DNA from: an uncultured Actinomycetota bacterium
GTDB taxonomy: Bacteria > Actinomycetota > UBA4738 > HRBIN12
NCBI GenBank assembly: GCA_963711655.1
Contig: CAVQEW010000006.1
Span: 599-64,598 of the forward strand
Length of the DNA: 64,000 bases
Direction of reading: 5' to 3'
Shown one piece after another: positions 1 through 10,464 of this stretch (position 1 is its first letter; every line of letters starts with the position of its first letter). The position numbers were made by a program, and so were the translations under genes. A model generated the notes under the pieces. That model made no database searches, had not been told where the DNA came from, and saw nothing but the letters and a program-made list of their open reading frames with translations.

Positions 1-26
1 CCGTCCCATCGACCCAAGGGGGAGAC

Positions 27-936
27 ATGAAGCTCGGCTTCCGACGGCTGGTCCCGCTCTTCGCGGTGCTGGCGCTGGTAGCGGCCGCGTGTGGCGAGGA
101 CACGCCGCCCGCCGACGACGGGAACAACGCCGGCGAAGGCGTGTGCGCCTCGTACGACACGGACGCGGGCGACCTGCTCGCCAAGATCTGTTCCGACGGC
201 GAGATCACCGTATCGACGGATCCCGCCTACCCGCCGCAGTCGGAGCTGAACGCGGAGACGGGTGAGTACGAGGGCTTCGACATCGACGTCGCGACCGAGA
301 TCGCGAACCGCCTCGGCGTGGACATCGCGTGGGAGACGCCGGACTGGGAGGTCCTCACCGCCGGCAGCTGGAACGACCGCTGGGACATGAGCGTGGGCTC
401 GATGACGCCCATCAACGAGCGGCAGGAGGTCCTCAACTTCACCGAGCCGTACTCCTTCGTCCCGGCCGTCGTGGTCGTCCACGAGGACTCCACCGCCTCG
501 GACGTGACGACCGACCTCGACGGGAAGAAGATCGGCGTCTGCGCGGACTGCACCTACCAGTTCTTCTTGGAGAAGAGCCTCGAGATCTCCGGGCTTCGAG
601 TTCGATTTCGTGATCGACGACGCGACGATCCAGGGATACGACACGGATACCACGGCGCTGCAGGACCTGGCGCTCGGTGACGGCACCCGGCTCGACGCGG
701 TGCTGACGTCGGTGACCACGGCGGAGGCTTTCGCCAAGGACAACCCGGTGAAGATCGTGGGGGAGCCCATCTTCGGGGAGCCGCTCGCGATCGCCTTCGA
801 CAAGTCCTCGGAGCTCGACGGCGCGACCTTGCTGGATGCGGTCGACGGGATCGTCGCCGACATGCACTCGGACGGGACGCTCAGCGAGATGTCGTTGCAG
901 TGGTACGACGGCGTCGACGTCACCAAGGTCACGTAG
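27..936 (+). CDS. Polar amino-acid ABC transporter substrate-binding lipoprotein (frameshift near 600)
   Basis: Lipobox LVAAAC; SBP family 3 motifs (DPAYPP, EGFDIDVA, FTEPY); ORFs 27..680 and 610..936 join; GGAGA RBS. Confidence 0.88.
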
Positions 937-955
937 CGACGGGCGCGCTGCTGTC

Positions 956-2044
956 GTGACGACGGACGAAATGGGGGCCGGGGCGACCCGGTCTCCGCTC
1001 GTTCCTCCGCGGCCGAAGAGAGACCGGCTCGCGCTGGCGAGCGCGGGCGTCTCCTTCCGGGTGAAGGTCGCCCTCGTGTGGGTCGCACTCCTCTCGGCCA
1101 TGGCCTTCCTCTTCTGGGGGCGTCGTTCAACCAGGAGTGGATCCGAGAGCACGTCGGCTTCATCGCGAGAGGGCTGGTGTTCACCCTGGTCATCGCCCTC
1201 GGGGGGATCGTCCTGGCCGTCACCCTCGCGCTGGTCGGAGCCCTCGGGCGACTCTCCCGGAACCCCATCGCGTATGGCGTAAGTGGCTTCTACACGTCCT
1301 TCTTCCGAGGCACGCCGCTGATAGTCCAGCTCTCGCTCTTCTACAGCGCGATGCCGAGGACCGCGCAGACCCTCCTCGACAAGTTCCCGAACTTCCTCCC
1401 GCCAGAACTTCGACGACTTGTTCACCTGGACCGCATTCCAGGTCGGGATCGTGGTGCTGGGCCTCAACTACGGGGCCTACATGACGGAGATCTTCCGTGC
1501 GGGCATCCAGTCCGTGAGCCACGGACAGGCCGAAGCCGCAGACGCCCTCGGCATGACCTACCGACAGAAGATGCGCCGGGTCGTCCTGCCGCAGGCCTTC
1601 CGGGTCATCATCCCGCCGACGGGCAACGAGTTCATCGCGATGATGAAGGACACGGCGCTGATCTCGGTGCTCGGCCAATCGCTCGAATCGATGGAGCTCT
1701 TCCGGCGAGCACAACTCGCTCGGGAACGCTGACGTGAAGCCGCTGGAGGCGCTCATCACGGCCGCCGGCGCTCTACTGGGTCCTCACTGCGATCTTCACG
1801 TTCTTCCAGAGCCGGCTCGAGCGTCGGGTGAGCAAGGGCTACGTCCGCGACGGTCGCGGGGGCCCGAAGGGCCGCGAACGGGGGAAGGTGATCGTGCCGG
1901 GACGGCGGGCGGTGGAGTCCACGGAGGAGCCGCCGGGTACACGATGGACGCTCCGGAGGAGCCGGCCCCGACCCCGCCTGTCCACGGGGAGTGGTCCCGC
2001 CGACCCTGGAGCCGCCGGAAGCCGAGCCCCAGGAGCGGTCGTGA
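956..2044 (+). CDS. Polar amino-acid ABC transporter permease (HisM/GlnP family, several frameshifts; end approximate)
   Basis: FFRGTPLIVQL and EAA loop (EIFRAGIQSVSHGQAEAADALGMT...VVLPQAFRVIIPPTGNEFIAMMKDTAL) spread over several frames. Confidence 0.85.
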
Positions 2045-2808
2045 CACCCGACGGCCAGGCCGTGGTCCGGGTGGAGAACCTCCACAAGTCCTTCGGTGAC
2101 CTGGAGGTCCTGAAGGGCATCGACATGGAGGTGGACCGCGGCGAGGTCGTGGTGATCTTCGGACGGTCCGGGTCCGGGAAATCCACGCTCCTGCGATGCA
2201 TCAACTTCCTCGAGGAGCCGACCGTCGGGACGATCGAGGTCTCGGGGCAGCGGATCGAAGGGGGTCACCGGATCCGCAGCAAGCGCGACCAGATCCGCCA
2301 GCTCCGAATGCATTGCGGCATGGTGTTCCAGCAGTTCAACCTCTTCCCGCACATGACCGCCCTCGGCAACGTCATGGAGGGTCCCGTCACGGTCAAGGGT
2401 ACTCGAGGAGGACCGGGCCCGACGGCTCGCGATCGAGGTGCTCGGCAGGGTCGGGCTGGCGGACAAGGCCGAGGAGTACCCGATCCGCCTCTCGGGCGGA
2501 CAGCAACAGCGCGTGGCGATCGCGAGGGCGCTCGCGATGGAACCCGACGTGATGCTCTTCGACGAGCCGACGTCCGCCCTCGACCCGGAGCTGATCGGGG
2601 AGGTGCTCGGGGTCATGAAGGCGCTCGCGATGGAGATGCACATGACGATGATGGTCGTCACGCACGAGATGGGGTTCGCTCGGGAGGTCGCGTCCCGGAT
2701 GGCCTTCTTCCACGAGGGACGGATCCTCGAGGAGGGCACTCCCAGCGCAGATCTTCGACTCGACCCAGCTTCTCGGAGACGCGACGGTTCCTCGACGCGG
2801 TCCTGTAG
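2041..2808 (+). CDS. Polar amino-acid ABC transporter ATP-binding protein (GlnQ-like, frameshifted)
   Basis: Walker [23 protein letters not shown], signature [17 protein letters not shown], Walker [14 protein letters not shown]. Confidence 0.9.
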   Translation: MTPDGQAVVRVENLHKSFGDLEVLKGIDMEVDRGEVVVIFGRSGSGKSTLLRCINFLEEPTVGTIEVSGQRIEGGHRIRSKRDQIRQLRMHCGMVFQQFNLFPHMTALGNVMEGPVTVKGTRGGPGPTARDRGARQGRAGGQGRGVPDPPLGRTATARGDREGARDGTRRDALRRADVRPRPGADRGGARGHEGARDGDAHDDDGRHARDGVRSGGRVPDGLLPRGTDPRGGHSQRRSSTRPSFSETRRFLDAVL

Positions 2809-3111
2809 AGGAAGAACGGCAACGGGCCGCGTCTCCGATCCGAAGCGTTCGCGCCTTCCCCATACGCGAACGCCACTTCCCAGCGACGCGGCCCGTTGCG
2901 GTTGGTCTCCTCGGACCGCCACCACGATCGGTCGGAATCGATCGTGGCTCGCGTCCCGTTGAGGACCGTCGCGGACTGTAAACGGGAGGTTGAGGGATGT
3001 CAACCCGACGAAGCCCCGGCCAGAGTCATTGCGGAGCAGGGGTCGCTTCCCAACGTTGCAGGTCGTGAACGTGCAAGAAGAGTGACACGAACCGGCACGT
3101 GTCCGCGAGCC
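2808..3111. ncRNA. Candidate structured non-coding RNA or element between convergent genes (family not recognised)
   Basis: 15-bp perfect stem 2819-2833/2885-2899 with inner stem 2845-2853/2865-2873; hairpin 2922-2947; multibranch domain closed by 2946-2953/3104-3111 holding five hairpins. Confidence 0.5.
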
Positions 3112-3131
3112 TCGGCGGCGTCAGACCTGAG

Positions 3132-4025
3132 TCAGGAGGGGACGTCGGTGTCGACGTGGGCCGAGGTCCTCGCCGAAGTCTCGTGTTCGGGTCGAGACTT
3201 CATCCCGGGCATCTTCGGCATCCGGAGGAAGAGACCACCGATCACCAGCAGGTAGCCCGCCCAACCCACGACCTCGAGCCACGTCGGATCGGCGTTGTAC
3301 CCGACCAGACCCCGCAGGATCGCGCCGGCCCCGGCGTCGTCGGGGAGGCTCGCCGAGATGTCGAACGCATGCGTCTCGAGGAACGGGATCCAGCCCGCCT
3401 CCTGGAGCTCGTGCAGCGAGAACGCGAACAGTCCGGCGGCCACGACGATCAGGATCATGCCGGTCACTCGGAAGAACGACCGGAGGTTCATGCGGATGCC
3501 GCCGCGGTAGAGGAGCGCGCCGAGGACGACGGCCAGGACGAGGCCGAGGACCGCTCCGGTCACCTGCGTGGCGGGCGCGACGGCCGTGCCCTCGACCGCG
3601 GTGCCCTTCGCCGCGGCGTACAGGAACAGCGCCGTCTCGATGCCCTCGCGGAGGACCGCGAAGAACGCGAGCCCGGCGAGCGCCAGCCCGCCGGCGACGA
3701 GCGCGGTGTCGACCTTCTCGTGGAGCTCGGACCTGATCCGTGCGCCCTGCCGGCGCATCCAGAAGATCATCCACGTCAGGACGCCGACGGCGGCGAGCGT
3801 CACGAGTCCTTCGAAGACCTGTTCGGCGGTGCCCTCGAACTCGGCGCCGGCGAGGAAGATCGCGGTGCCGACCGCGGCGGAAAGGAGGACGGCGAGCGCC
3901 GTTCCCCACCACACGAGCCGAGAGCGATCGGTGGCCCCGAGCTGCTTCAGGTAGGCCAACACGATCGACACGATCAGCGCAGCCTCGATGCCCTCGCGGA
4001 GGGCGATCACGAATGACGCTCCCAT
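3132..4025 (-). CDS. FTR1/EfeU family iron permease
   Basis: Two REGxE motifs (LREGIEAAL, LREGIETALF) in a multi-TM protein; GGAGGAAG RBS. Confidence 0.92.
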   Translation of the reverse strand: MGASFVIALREGIEAALIVSIVLAYLKQLGATDRSRLVWWGTALAVLLSAAVGTAIFLAGAEFEGTAEQVFEGLVTLAAVGVLTWMIFWMRRQGARIRSELHEKVDTALVAGGLALAGLAFFAVLREGIETALFLYAAAKGTAVEGTAVAPATQVTGAVLGLVLAVVLGALLYRGGIRMNLRSFFRVTGMILIVVAAGLFAFSLHELQEAGWIPFLETHAFDISASLPDDAGAGAILRGLVGYNADPTWLEVVGWAGYLLVIGGLFLRMPKMPGMKSRPEHETSARTSAHVDTDVPS

Positions 4026-4083
4026 GCTTCCTCCCCGTCGTTCGCACGACCCGCCGCCGCGGCAAGACCGTTCTTGGGCGCGA

Positions 4084-4133
4084 ATCCTACGCAGGGAGTC
4101 GGATTCACGTCAATCTGATTCGGTAGCGAATCA
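4084..4133 (-). promoter_or_regulatory. SigA-type promoter of the FTR1 gene with adjacent palindromic operator
   Basis: Minus strand TTGACG (4113-4108), 18-nt spacer, TAGGAT (4089-4084); palindrome TGATTCG-GTAG-CGAATCA at 4116-4133. Confidence 0.6.
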
Positions 4134-4162
4134 TCTCCGGGCGCCACGGGACCCGTCCGGCG

Positions 4163-4184
4163 CGTCGGGGACCCCGGTTAGCAT
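4163..4184 (+). promoter_or_regulatory. PafBC/RecA-NDp-like promoter of polA
   Basis: CGTCGG-N10-TAGCAT, 7 nt before in-frame GTG 4192. Confidence 0.55.
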
Positions 4185-4191
4185 GGGCGCC

Positions 4192-6860
4192 GTGGCGCCC
4201 CCCTCCACCGACCCAGCGTCCGATCAGCCCCGCAGGCTCTTCATCCTCGACGGCCACTCGCTCGCGTACCGGGCCTTCTTCGCCCTGCCCAGCACCCTGG
4301 CCACGACCACCGGTCAGGTCACGAACGCCGTCTACGGGTTCACCTCGATGCTGATCAAGCTCCTGGCGGAGGAGCGCCCCGACCTGATCGCCGTCGCGTT
4401 CGACGTGGGGAAGCCGACCGCCCGGCTCGCGATGGACGCCAGCTACAAGGCCGGCCGCCGCGAGACCCCGGAGGACTTCCGGCCACAGCTGGGCCTGATC
4501 CAGGAGGTCGTCGAAGCGCTCCGGATCCCGATGCTCCTCGTGACCGACCACGAGGCCGACGACGCGATCGGCACCCTCGCCGTCCGCGCCGCCGAGCAGG
4601 GCATCGAGGCGACGATCGTCACCGCCGACCGCGACTTCTTCCAGTTGGTCCGGCCCGGGCTCCGGGTGCTGTTCAACCGCCGCGGGATCTCCGACATCGC
4701 GTTGATGGACGAGGCGGCGGTCGAGGAACGGTTCGGCCTGCCGCCCTCGAAGTACCTCGAGTACGTCGCGCTGAAGGGCGACCCGTCGGACAACATCCCC
4801 GGAGTCCCGGGCGTGGGGGAGAAGACGGCGGCGAAGCTCGTCCAGGAGTTCGGCTCCGTGGAAGAGCTCCTGTCCCGGACCGACGAGCTCAAGGGGAAGC
4901 TCCGGGACAACATCGAGGCCGCCGGCGAGCGCCTCGCCCTCAACAAGAACCTCGCCCGGATCGTCACGGACGTGGACCTCGACGTCGAGCCGGGCGACGC
5001 CGTGATGGGGGAGTGGGACGTCGAGGAGGTCCGGCGGCTGTTCACGTCGCTCGAGTTCCGGAGCCTGTTCGACCGGCTGATGGAGCTGGCGAAGGACGTC
5101 AAGCCGAAGATCGAGGTCGCCGAGCTCGACCTCCGCCAGGTGGAGCCCGCGGAGCTGGCCGACCTGCTGGCCGACGGCCCCGTGGGGGTCGCGATCCAGG
5201 AGGAGTCGGACGTGCTGGTCGGCCTCGCCGTCTCGGCGGGCGGCGCGCAAGCCGCCTACGCGGCCCTCCCGGGTCCCGGACCGGTCGCCGACAGGCTCGC
5301 CGACCCGGCGATCGCGAAATGGACCCACGACGCGAAGGCGCTCGAGCGGGTCACCCTCCGGGCCGGCGCGATGCTCGAAGGGGTCGCGTTCGACACGATG
5401 CTCGCCGGCTACCTCCTCGAGCCGGGGACCGCCGACTACCCGCTCGCGGCACTCTGCGAGCGGTACCTCGGGACCGACCTCTTCGGCACGACGACGAGGA
5501 CGGCAAGGAGGCCGAGGGACAGCTGTTCACCGAGGACCCGTGGCGGCGCGTGGCCTCGGAGGCGGCCGCGGTGTCGCTCCTCGCTCCCGTCCTGGAGGAG
5601 CAGGTCGACCGCCAGGGCCTCCGGCCCCTCCTCGAGGACGTCGAGCTGCCGCTCGCGTCCGTCCTCGCTCGGATGGAAGCCCGTGGGGTCCGCCTCGACG
5701 TTCCGTACCTCGACGAGATGGGGGAGTCGGTCCGCGACCGGATGGCGACCCTCAACGCCGAGGTGTTCCAACACGCGGGCCAGGAGTTCAACCTGAACTC
5801 CCCGCCGCAGCTCCGGGCGATCCTGTACGAGCAGCTGGGGCTCCAGCCCGGGAAGAAGACCCCCAAGGGCGAGCTGTCCACCGACGCCAGCGTCCTGGAG
5901 AAGCTGCGAGACGCCCATCCGATCGTGGACGCGCTCCTGTCGTGGCGGGAGCTCGACAAGCTGAACTCCACGTACCTCGAGGCGCTGCCGCGGCTCGTCG
6001 ACGCGAAGGACGGCCGGCTCCACACGTCGTTCAACCAGACCGTGGCGGCCACGGGGAGGCTCTCCTCGTCGAACCCGAATCTGCAGAACATCCCGATCCG
6101 CTCCGAGCTCGGCCGGCAGATCCGTCGCGCGTTCATCCCGGGCGCCGACGACCAGGTGCTCCTCGTGGCCGACTACTCGCAGATCGAGCTCCGGATCCTC
6201 GCGCACCTGTCCGGAGACGCCGGGCTGCGTCAGGCGTTCGACTCGAAGCTGGACATCCACGCCGCCACCGCCGCCACGGTCTTCGGTCTCCCGCCCGAGC
6301 ACGTCGACGCCGAGATGCGGCGGCGCGCGAAGGCCGTGAACTACGGCCTCGCCTACGGGATGAACGCCTGGGGCCTGGCCACCCGCCTGGGCATCACCCC
6401 GGACGAGGCCCAGGAGTTCATCGACGCCTACTTCGAGGGATTCCCGGCGATCAAGGACTACCTCCAGAACCAGGTGGACCGGGCGACGGTGGAGGGGTTC
6501 ACCGAGACGCTCCTGGGGCGGCGGCGGTACATCCCGGAGCTCCAGGCGGCCAACCCGCGGGTCCGGGACCTCGGCCGACGGCAGGCGCTCAACGCGCCGA
6601 TCCAGGGGAGCGCCTCCGACGTGTTCAAGGTCGGGATGATCGCGGTGGACCGGGCGCTCCGCGAACAGCCGGAGCTCGACTGCCACATGCTGCTCACGGT
6701 GCACGACGAGCTGGTGTTCGAGGTGGCGAAGGACCACGCCGAGGAGGCCGTCGACCTGATCCACGACCGGATGGAGCACGCGGTGGAGCTCGACGTCGAC
6801 CTCCAGGCAGATGTCGGCGTCGGCGCCAACTGGTCGGAGGCGGCTCCCGAGGGCCACTGA
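4192..6860 (+). CDS. polA: DNA polymerase I (frameshift near 5490)
   Basis: 5'-3' exonuclease (LDGHSLAYRAFFALP, EADD, GDPSDNIPGVPGVGEKTA) and Pol A motifs (ATGRLSSSNPNLQNIP, ADYSQIELR, AKAVNYGLAYG, TVHDEL). Alternative start ATG 4183. Confidence 0.97.
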
Positions 6861-6876
6861 GCCGCCGAGCAGCGCA

Positions 6877-6906
6877 TTGACGCCGTTTGCGCTGCTCACC
6901 TACCCT
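6877..6906 (+). promoter_or_regulatory. SigA-type promoter of rpsA
   Basis: TTGACG-N18-TACCCT about 90 nt upstream of AAGGAG RBS and ATG 6995. Confidence 0.55.
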
Positions 6907-6994
6907 TCCTTCGGCTCGCGGATCGCTCGCGTGCCGCGTCGCAAATCCCAACCCGCGATGCGGTGAGCCCGCCTGCCAGAAGGAGACCCACCGC

Positions 6995-8716
6995 ATGAGT
7001 GACATCGAGACCACGACCGAGCCGGCCGTCGAGACGCCGGAGCCGGTCGACGACAGTGCCGCGATCGACGACAGTGCCGCGCCAGCCGACGGTGCGGCGC
7101 CAGCCGATGGTGCCGCCACCACGGAGACCGCCACAGACGTAACCGCCTCGGAGATGACCCAGACGCCGCCGGCGGAGCCCACGGTGACCGAGCCGGTCGT
7201 CGCCACCCCCGAGCCGGAAGGCGATGACTACACGCCCGAGGAGCTCGTCCTCGCGATGGAGGCGTCGCTGCGCGACTTCAAGGACGGCGACATCATGGAG
7301 GGCGTGGTCGTGAAGATCGACCGCGACGAGATCCTCCTCGACATCGGCTACAAGTCCGAGGGCGTGATCCCGTCCAAGGAGCTTTCGATCCGCCACGACG
7401 TCGACCCGAACGAGGTCGTCAAGGTCGGGGACCGGATCGAGGCCCTGGTCCTGCAGAAGGAGGACAAAGAGGGCCGCCTGATCCTGTCGAAGAAGCGCGC
7501 GCAGTACGAGCGCGCGTGGGGCCGGATCGAGGAGACGATGGCCTCGGGCCAGACGATCAAGGGTCCCGTGATCGAGGTCGTCAAGGGCGGCCTGATCCTC
7601 GACATCGGCCTCCGCGGCTTCCTGCCCGCCTCGCTCGTCGACCTTCGGCGCGTGCGCGACCTGCAGCCGTACATCGGCACGGAGCTCGAATGCAAGATCA
7701 TCGAGCTCGACCGCAACCGGAACAACGTCGTCCTGTCGCGGCGCGCCTTCCTCGAAGAGTCGCAGTCCGAGGGCCGCAAGAAGTTCCTCGAGAACCTGCA
7801 GAAGGGTGAGCGCCGCAAGGGCACGGTCTCCTCGATCGTGAACTTCGGAGCCTTCGTCGATCTCGGAGGCGTGGACGGACTCGTCCACGTGTCCGAGCTC
7901 TCCTGGAAGCACGTCGACCACCCGAGCGAGGTCGTGACGGTCGGGCAGGAGGTCGAGGTCCAGGTGCTCGACGTGGAGCTGGATCGGGAGCGTGTCTCGC
8001 TCTCGCTGAAGGCGACGCAGGAGGATCCCTGGAAGGAGTTCGAGCGTTTGCACAAGGCCGGCGAGGTGATCGCCGGTCAGGTGACGAAGCTCGTGCCGTT
8101 CGGCGCGTTCGTCCGGGTCGCCCAGGGCATCGAGGGGTTGGTCCACATCTCGGAGCTCTCCCACGAACACGTCGACACGCCGGAATCGGTGCTGTCCGTC
8201 GGTGACGAGGTCCAGGTGAAGGTCGTCGACGTCGACGTGTCCCGTCGGCGCGTGAGCCTGTCGATGCGACAGGTGACGCCGGCCCCGGCCAAGCCGGTCA
8301 CCGAGATCGAGGTGGAGCAGCCCGAGCCCGATCGCGCCCCCGTGGACCCGCTGGTCCAGACCGTCCAGATCCCGCAGGCGGTCCTCGACGCCGTCGCGGA
8401 GGCGGACGCCGTCGCGGAGACACAGCCGGAACAGCCGGCCGCCGCGCCGGTGGCGGCGACCGAGCCGCCCGTCGTGAGGCCCGTGACCGAGCCGGAGGCC
8501 GAGGCGATCGAGCCCGAGCCCGAGCCCGAGCCTCCCGTGGTGCCCGAGCCCGAGCCGCAGCCGCCGGCCGAACCCACGACCGAGCCGGAGCCGGCGGTCG
8601 ACGCCGCCCCCGAGGCTCCCGCCGCCGAAGCCGCCGAGACGCCGGCCACGGACGAGGAGGTCTCCCTGGAGGCCATCCTCGAGGACCTCAAACGGCGCGA
8701 GGGCAGATCCGAGTAA
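6995..8716 (+). CDS. rpsA: 30S ribosomal protein S1 with long acidic N- and C-terminal extensions
   Basis: Four S1 repeats (DIGYKSEGVIP, GLRGFLPASLV, GGVDGLVHVSELSW, GIEGLVHISEL) of the actinobacterial type; between polA and coaE. Confidence 0.96.
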   Translation: MSDIETTTEPAVETPEPVDDSAAIDDSAAPADGAAPADGAATTETATDVTASEMTQTPPAEPTVTEPVVATPEPEGDDYTPEELVLAMEASLRDFKDGDIMEGVVVKIDRDEILLDIGYKSEGVIPSKELSIRHDVDPNEVVKVGDRIEALVLQKEDKEGRLILSKKRAQYERAWGRIEETMASGQTIKGPVIEVVKGGLILDIGLRGFLPASLVDLRRVRDLQPYIGTELECKIIELDRNRNNVVLSRRAFLEESQSEGRKKFLENLQKGERRKGTVSSIVNFGAFVDLGGVDGLVHVSELSWKHVDHPSEVVTVGQEVEVQVLDVELDRERVSLSLKATQEDPWKEFERLHKAGEVIAGQVTKLVPFGAFVRVAQGIEGLVHISELSHEHVDTPESVLSVGDEVQVKVVDVDVSRRRVSLSMRQVTPAPAKPVTEIEVEQPEPDRAPVDPLVQTVQIPQAVLDAVAEADAVAETQPEQPAAAPVAATEPPVVRPVTEPEAEAIEPEPEPEPPVVPEPEPQPPAEPTTEPEPAVDAAPEAPAAEAAETPATDEEVSLEAILEDLKRREGRSE

Positions 8717-8726
8717 GGCCCGCGCC

Positions 8727-9329
8727 GTGCTTCTGATCGGCCTGACCGGCGGCATCGGCTCCGGGAAGTCGACCGTGGCTCGTCTGCTCGAGCGACGCGG
8801 TGCCGTCGTCATCGATGCCGACCAGCTCGCGCGCGAGGCGGTCGCGAAGGGGACACCGGGGTTCGATCGTGTGGTGGCCGCCTTCGGTGCGACCGTTCTC
8901 ACCCCGGACGGCGATCTGGATCGGAGCGCCCTCGCGGCGCGCATCTTCTCCGACCCCGCCGAGAAGGCGGCGCTCGAGGCGATCGTCCATCCCGAGGTGG
9001 CGCGACGGTTCGGCGAGCGGGTCGACTCGCTCCGCACGTCCGACCGCGTGGTCGTCTACGTGACGCCGTTGCTCGTGGAGCTCGGGCTCGCGCCCGCGTT
9101 CGACGTGGTGGTCGTCGTCACCGCCTCGCCGCATCTCCGCATCTCGCGTGTGGCGTCGGATCGTGGCCTCTCGCCCGACGACGTGCGGGACCGGATGGCC
9201 GCCCAGGCGACCGACGAGCAGCGCATGGAGGTGGCCGACGTCCTCGTGGACAACGACGGCTCGCTGGCGGACCTGGAGCCGCAGGTGGATCGGCTCTGGG
9301 GCGACCTCGTGGCCCGCGCCGGCGTGTGA
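8727..9329 (+). CDS. coaE: Dephospho-CoA kinase
   Basis: IGLTGGIGSGKSTVA, IDADQLAREAV, LEAIVHP; follows rpsA. Confidence 0.96.
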   Translation: MLLIGLTGGIGSGKSTVARLLERRGAVVIDADQLAREAVAKGTPGFDRVVAAFGATVLTPDGDLDRSALAARIFSDPAEKAALEAIVHPEVARRFGERVDSLRTSDRVVVYVTPLLVELGLAPAFDVVVVVTASPHLRISRVASDRGLSPDDVRDRMAAQATDEQRMEVADVLVDNDGSLADLEPQVDRLWGDLVARAGV

Positions 9330-9349
9330 GCCCCGACTATCCTCCGGTC

Positions 9350-10057
9350 ATGCGGTTCCGCGCGGTCTTCTTCGATGTCGGAGAGACGCTGGTCCACGTC
9401 GATCCGTCATTCGCCGACCTCTTCGTCACCGTCCTCGCCGGCGCGGGCCACATCCGTTCCGTCGACGAGGTGCGGAACGCCTCGGCGCACGTCTACACCC
9501 GGTTCTCGGAAGCCGCGCGCGACGGCTCGATGTGGACGACGACGCCCGAGCGCTCTCGCACCTTCTGGACGTCGGTGTACGAACGGATGCTCGGCGAGCT
9601 CGGCGTCGCCGACGGCGACGGGCTCGCCGCCACCCTCCATCGCGAGTTCACGCGCCTCGAGAACTACGTCTTGTTCGACGACGTGCGCCCCACCCTCGCG
9701 TCCCTCCGCGAGGCCGGACTCCTCCTCGGCATCGTGTCGAACTTCGAGGCGTGGCTCGAGGATTGGTTCGGCGTGCACGAGCTGCTCGAGACGTTCCCGG
9801 TCCGGGTCATCTCCGGCATCGAGGGGATCGAGAAGCCGGACGAACGGATCTTCCGGCTCGCCCTCGAACGGGCGTCCGTGTCTCCGCGGAGGAATCCGCC
9901 TACGTGGGCGACAATCCGGAGTTCGACGTGGATCCTCCGGCGGCGCTCGGGATGTTCCCCGTCCTCGATCGATCGCCGGGATCGCTTCCCCGACCACGAC
10001 GGCACTCGCGTGACCGACCTCCGCGAGCTCCCGGCCATCCTGGGGGCGGCGGCGTGA
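9350..10057 (+). CDS. HAD-superfamily hydrolase (IA subtype, frameshifted near 9875-9965)
   Basis: FFDVGETL, IVSN, GIEKPD, YVGDNPEFDV (in a shifted frame). Confidence 0.85.
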   Translation: MRFRAVFFDVGETLVHVDPSFADLFVTVLAGAGHIRSVDEVRNASAHVYTRFSEAARDGSMWTTTPERSRTFWTSVYERMLGELGVADGDGLAATLHREFTRLENYVLFDDVRPTLASLREAGLLLGIVSNFEAWLEDWFGVHELLETFPVRVISGIEGIEKPDERIFRLALERASVSPRRNPPTWATIRSSTWILRRRSGCSPSSIDRRDRFPDHDGTRVTDLRELPAILGAAA

Positions 10058-10440
10058 CCCCAGGAAGTGCCGCAGAGGAACGGCTGTTCACGATCGAGGA
10101 CGCCGACGCGGAGCTTCCCGAGCTCCGGATCCGGCTCCCTCGGTTGCGCGAGGCGAGGCAGCGGCTGATCGACACGAGCGAACGGATCACGTCGGCGGTC
10201 GAGATCGACGGTGGAGGGATCGAGGGGAGCGACTGGTTCCGGGCGCAGGAGACGCTGAAGCAGGAGCTCCTGTGGCTCGCGGACCGAGGGATCCTCCTGC
10301 GGGATCCCGAGACCGGTCTCGTGGACTTCCCCGCGGAGCGAGAGGGAGTGCGTGTGTACCTCTGCTGGCGCCTCGACGAGGACCGCGTCGGCTGGTACCA
10401 CAGCGAACGATCGGGCTTCTCGAGCAGGAAGCCGCTCTGA
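10054..10440 (+). CDS. DUF2203-like protein
   Basis: FTIEDA N-terminus and LRDPETGLVDFPAEREGVRVYLCWRLDEDRVGWYH...GFSSRKPL C-terminus typical of the family; GTGA overlap with upstream gene. Confidence 0.8.
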   Translation: MTPGSAAEERLFTIEDADAELPELRIRLPRLREARQRLIDTSERITSAVEIDGGGIEGSDWFRAQETLKQELLWLADRGILLRDPETGLVDFPAEREGVRVYLCWRLDEDRVGWYHSERSGFSSRKPL

Positions 10441-10464
10441 CGGACGGGGTAGGCTCCTCCCCGG

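Noticed and set aside
2971-2990. tRNA-Tyr-like GCGGACTGTAAA
   Set aside because: No closing anticodon stem, D arm or T arm.
2930-3130. Cobalamin riboswitch (ACTGTAAACGGGAG and CCGCGAGCC...AGACCTG resemble parts of it)
   Set aside because: Lacks the GGGAA-GGTG-AATCC and GCCACTG-GGGAAG core in the right order, and no downstream gene in that orientation.
8500-8600. GAGCCC/GAGCCG repeats as CRISPR or a non-coding repeat
   Set aside because: They encode the EPEPEP tail of S1 in frame; no repeat-spacer structure and no cas genes.
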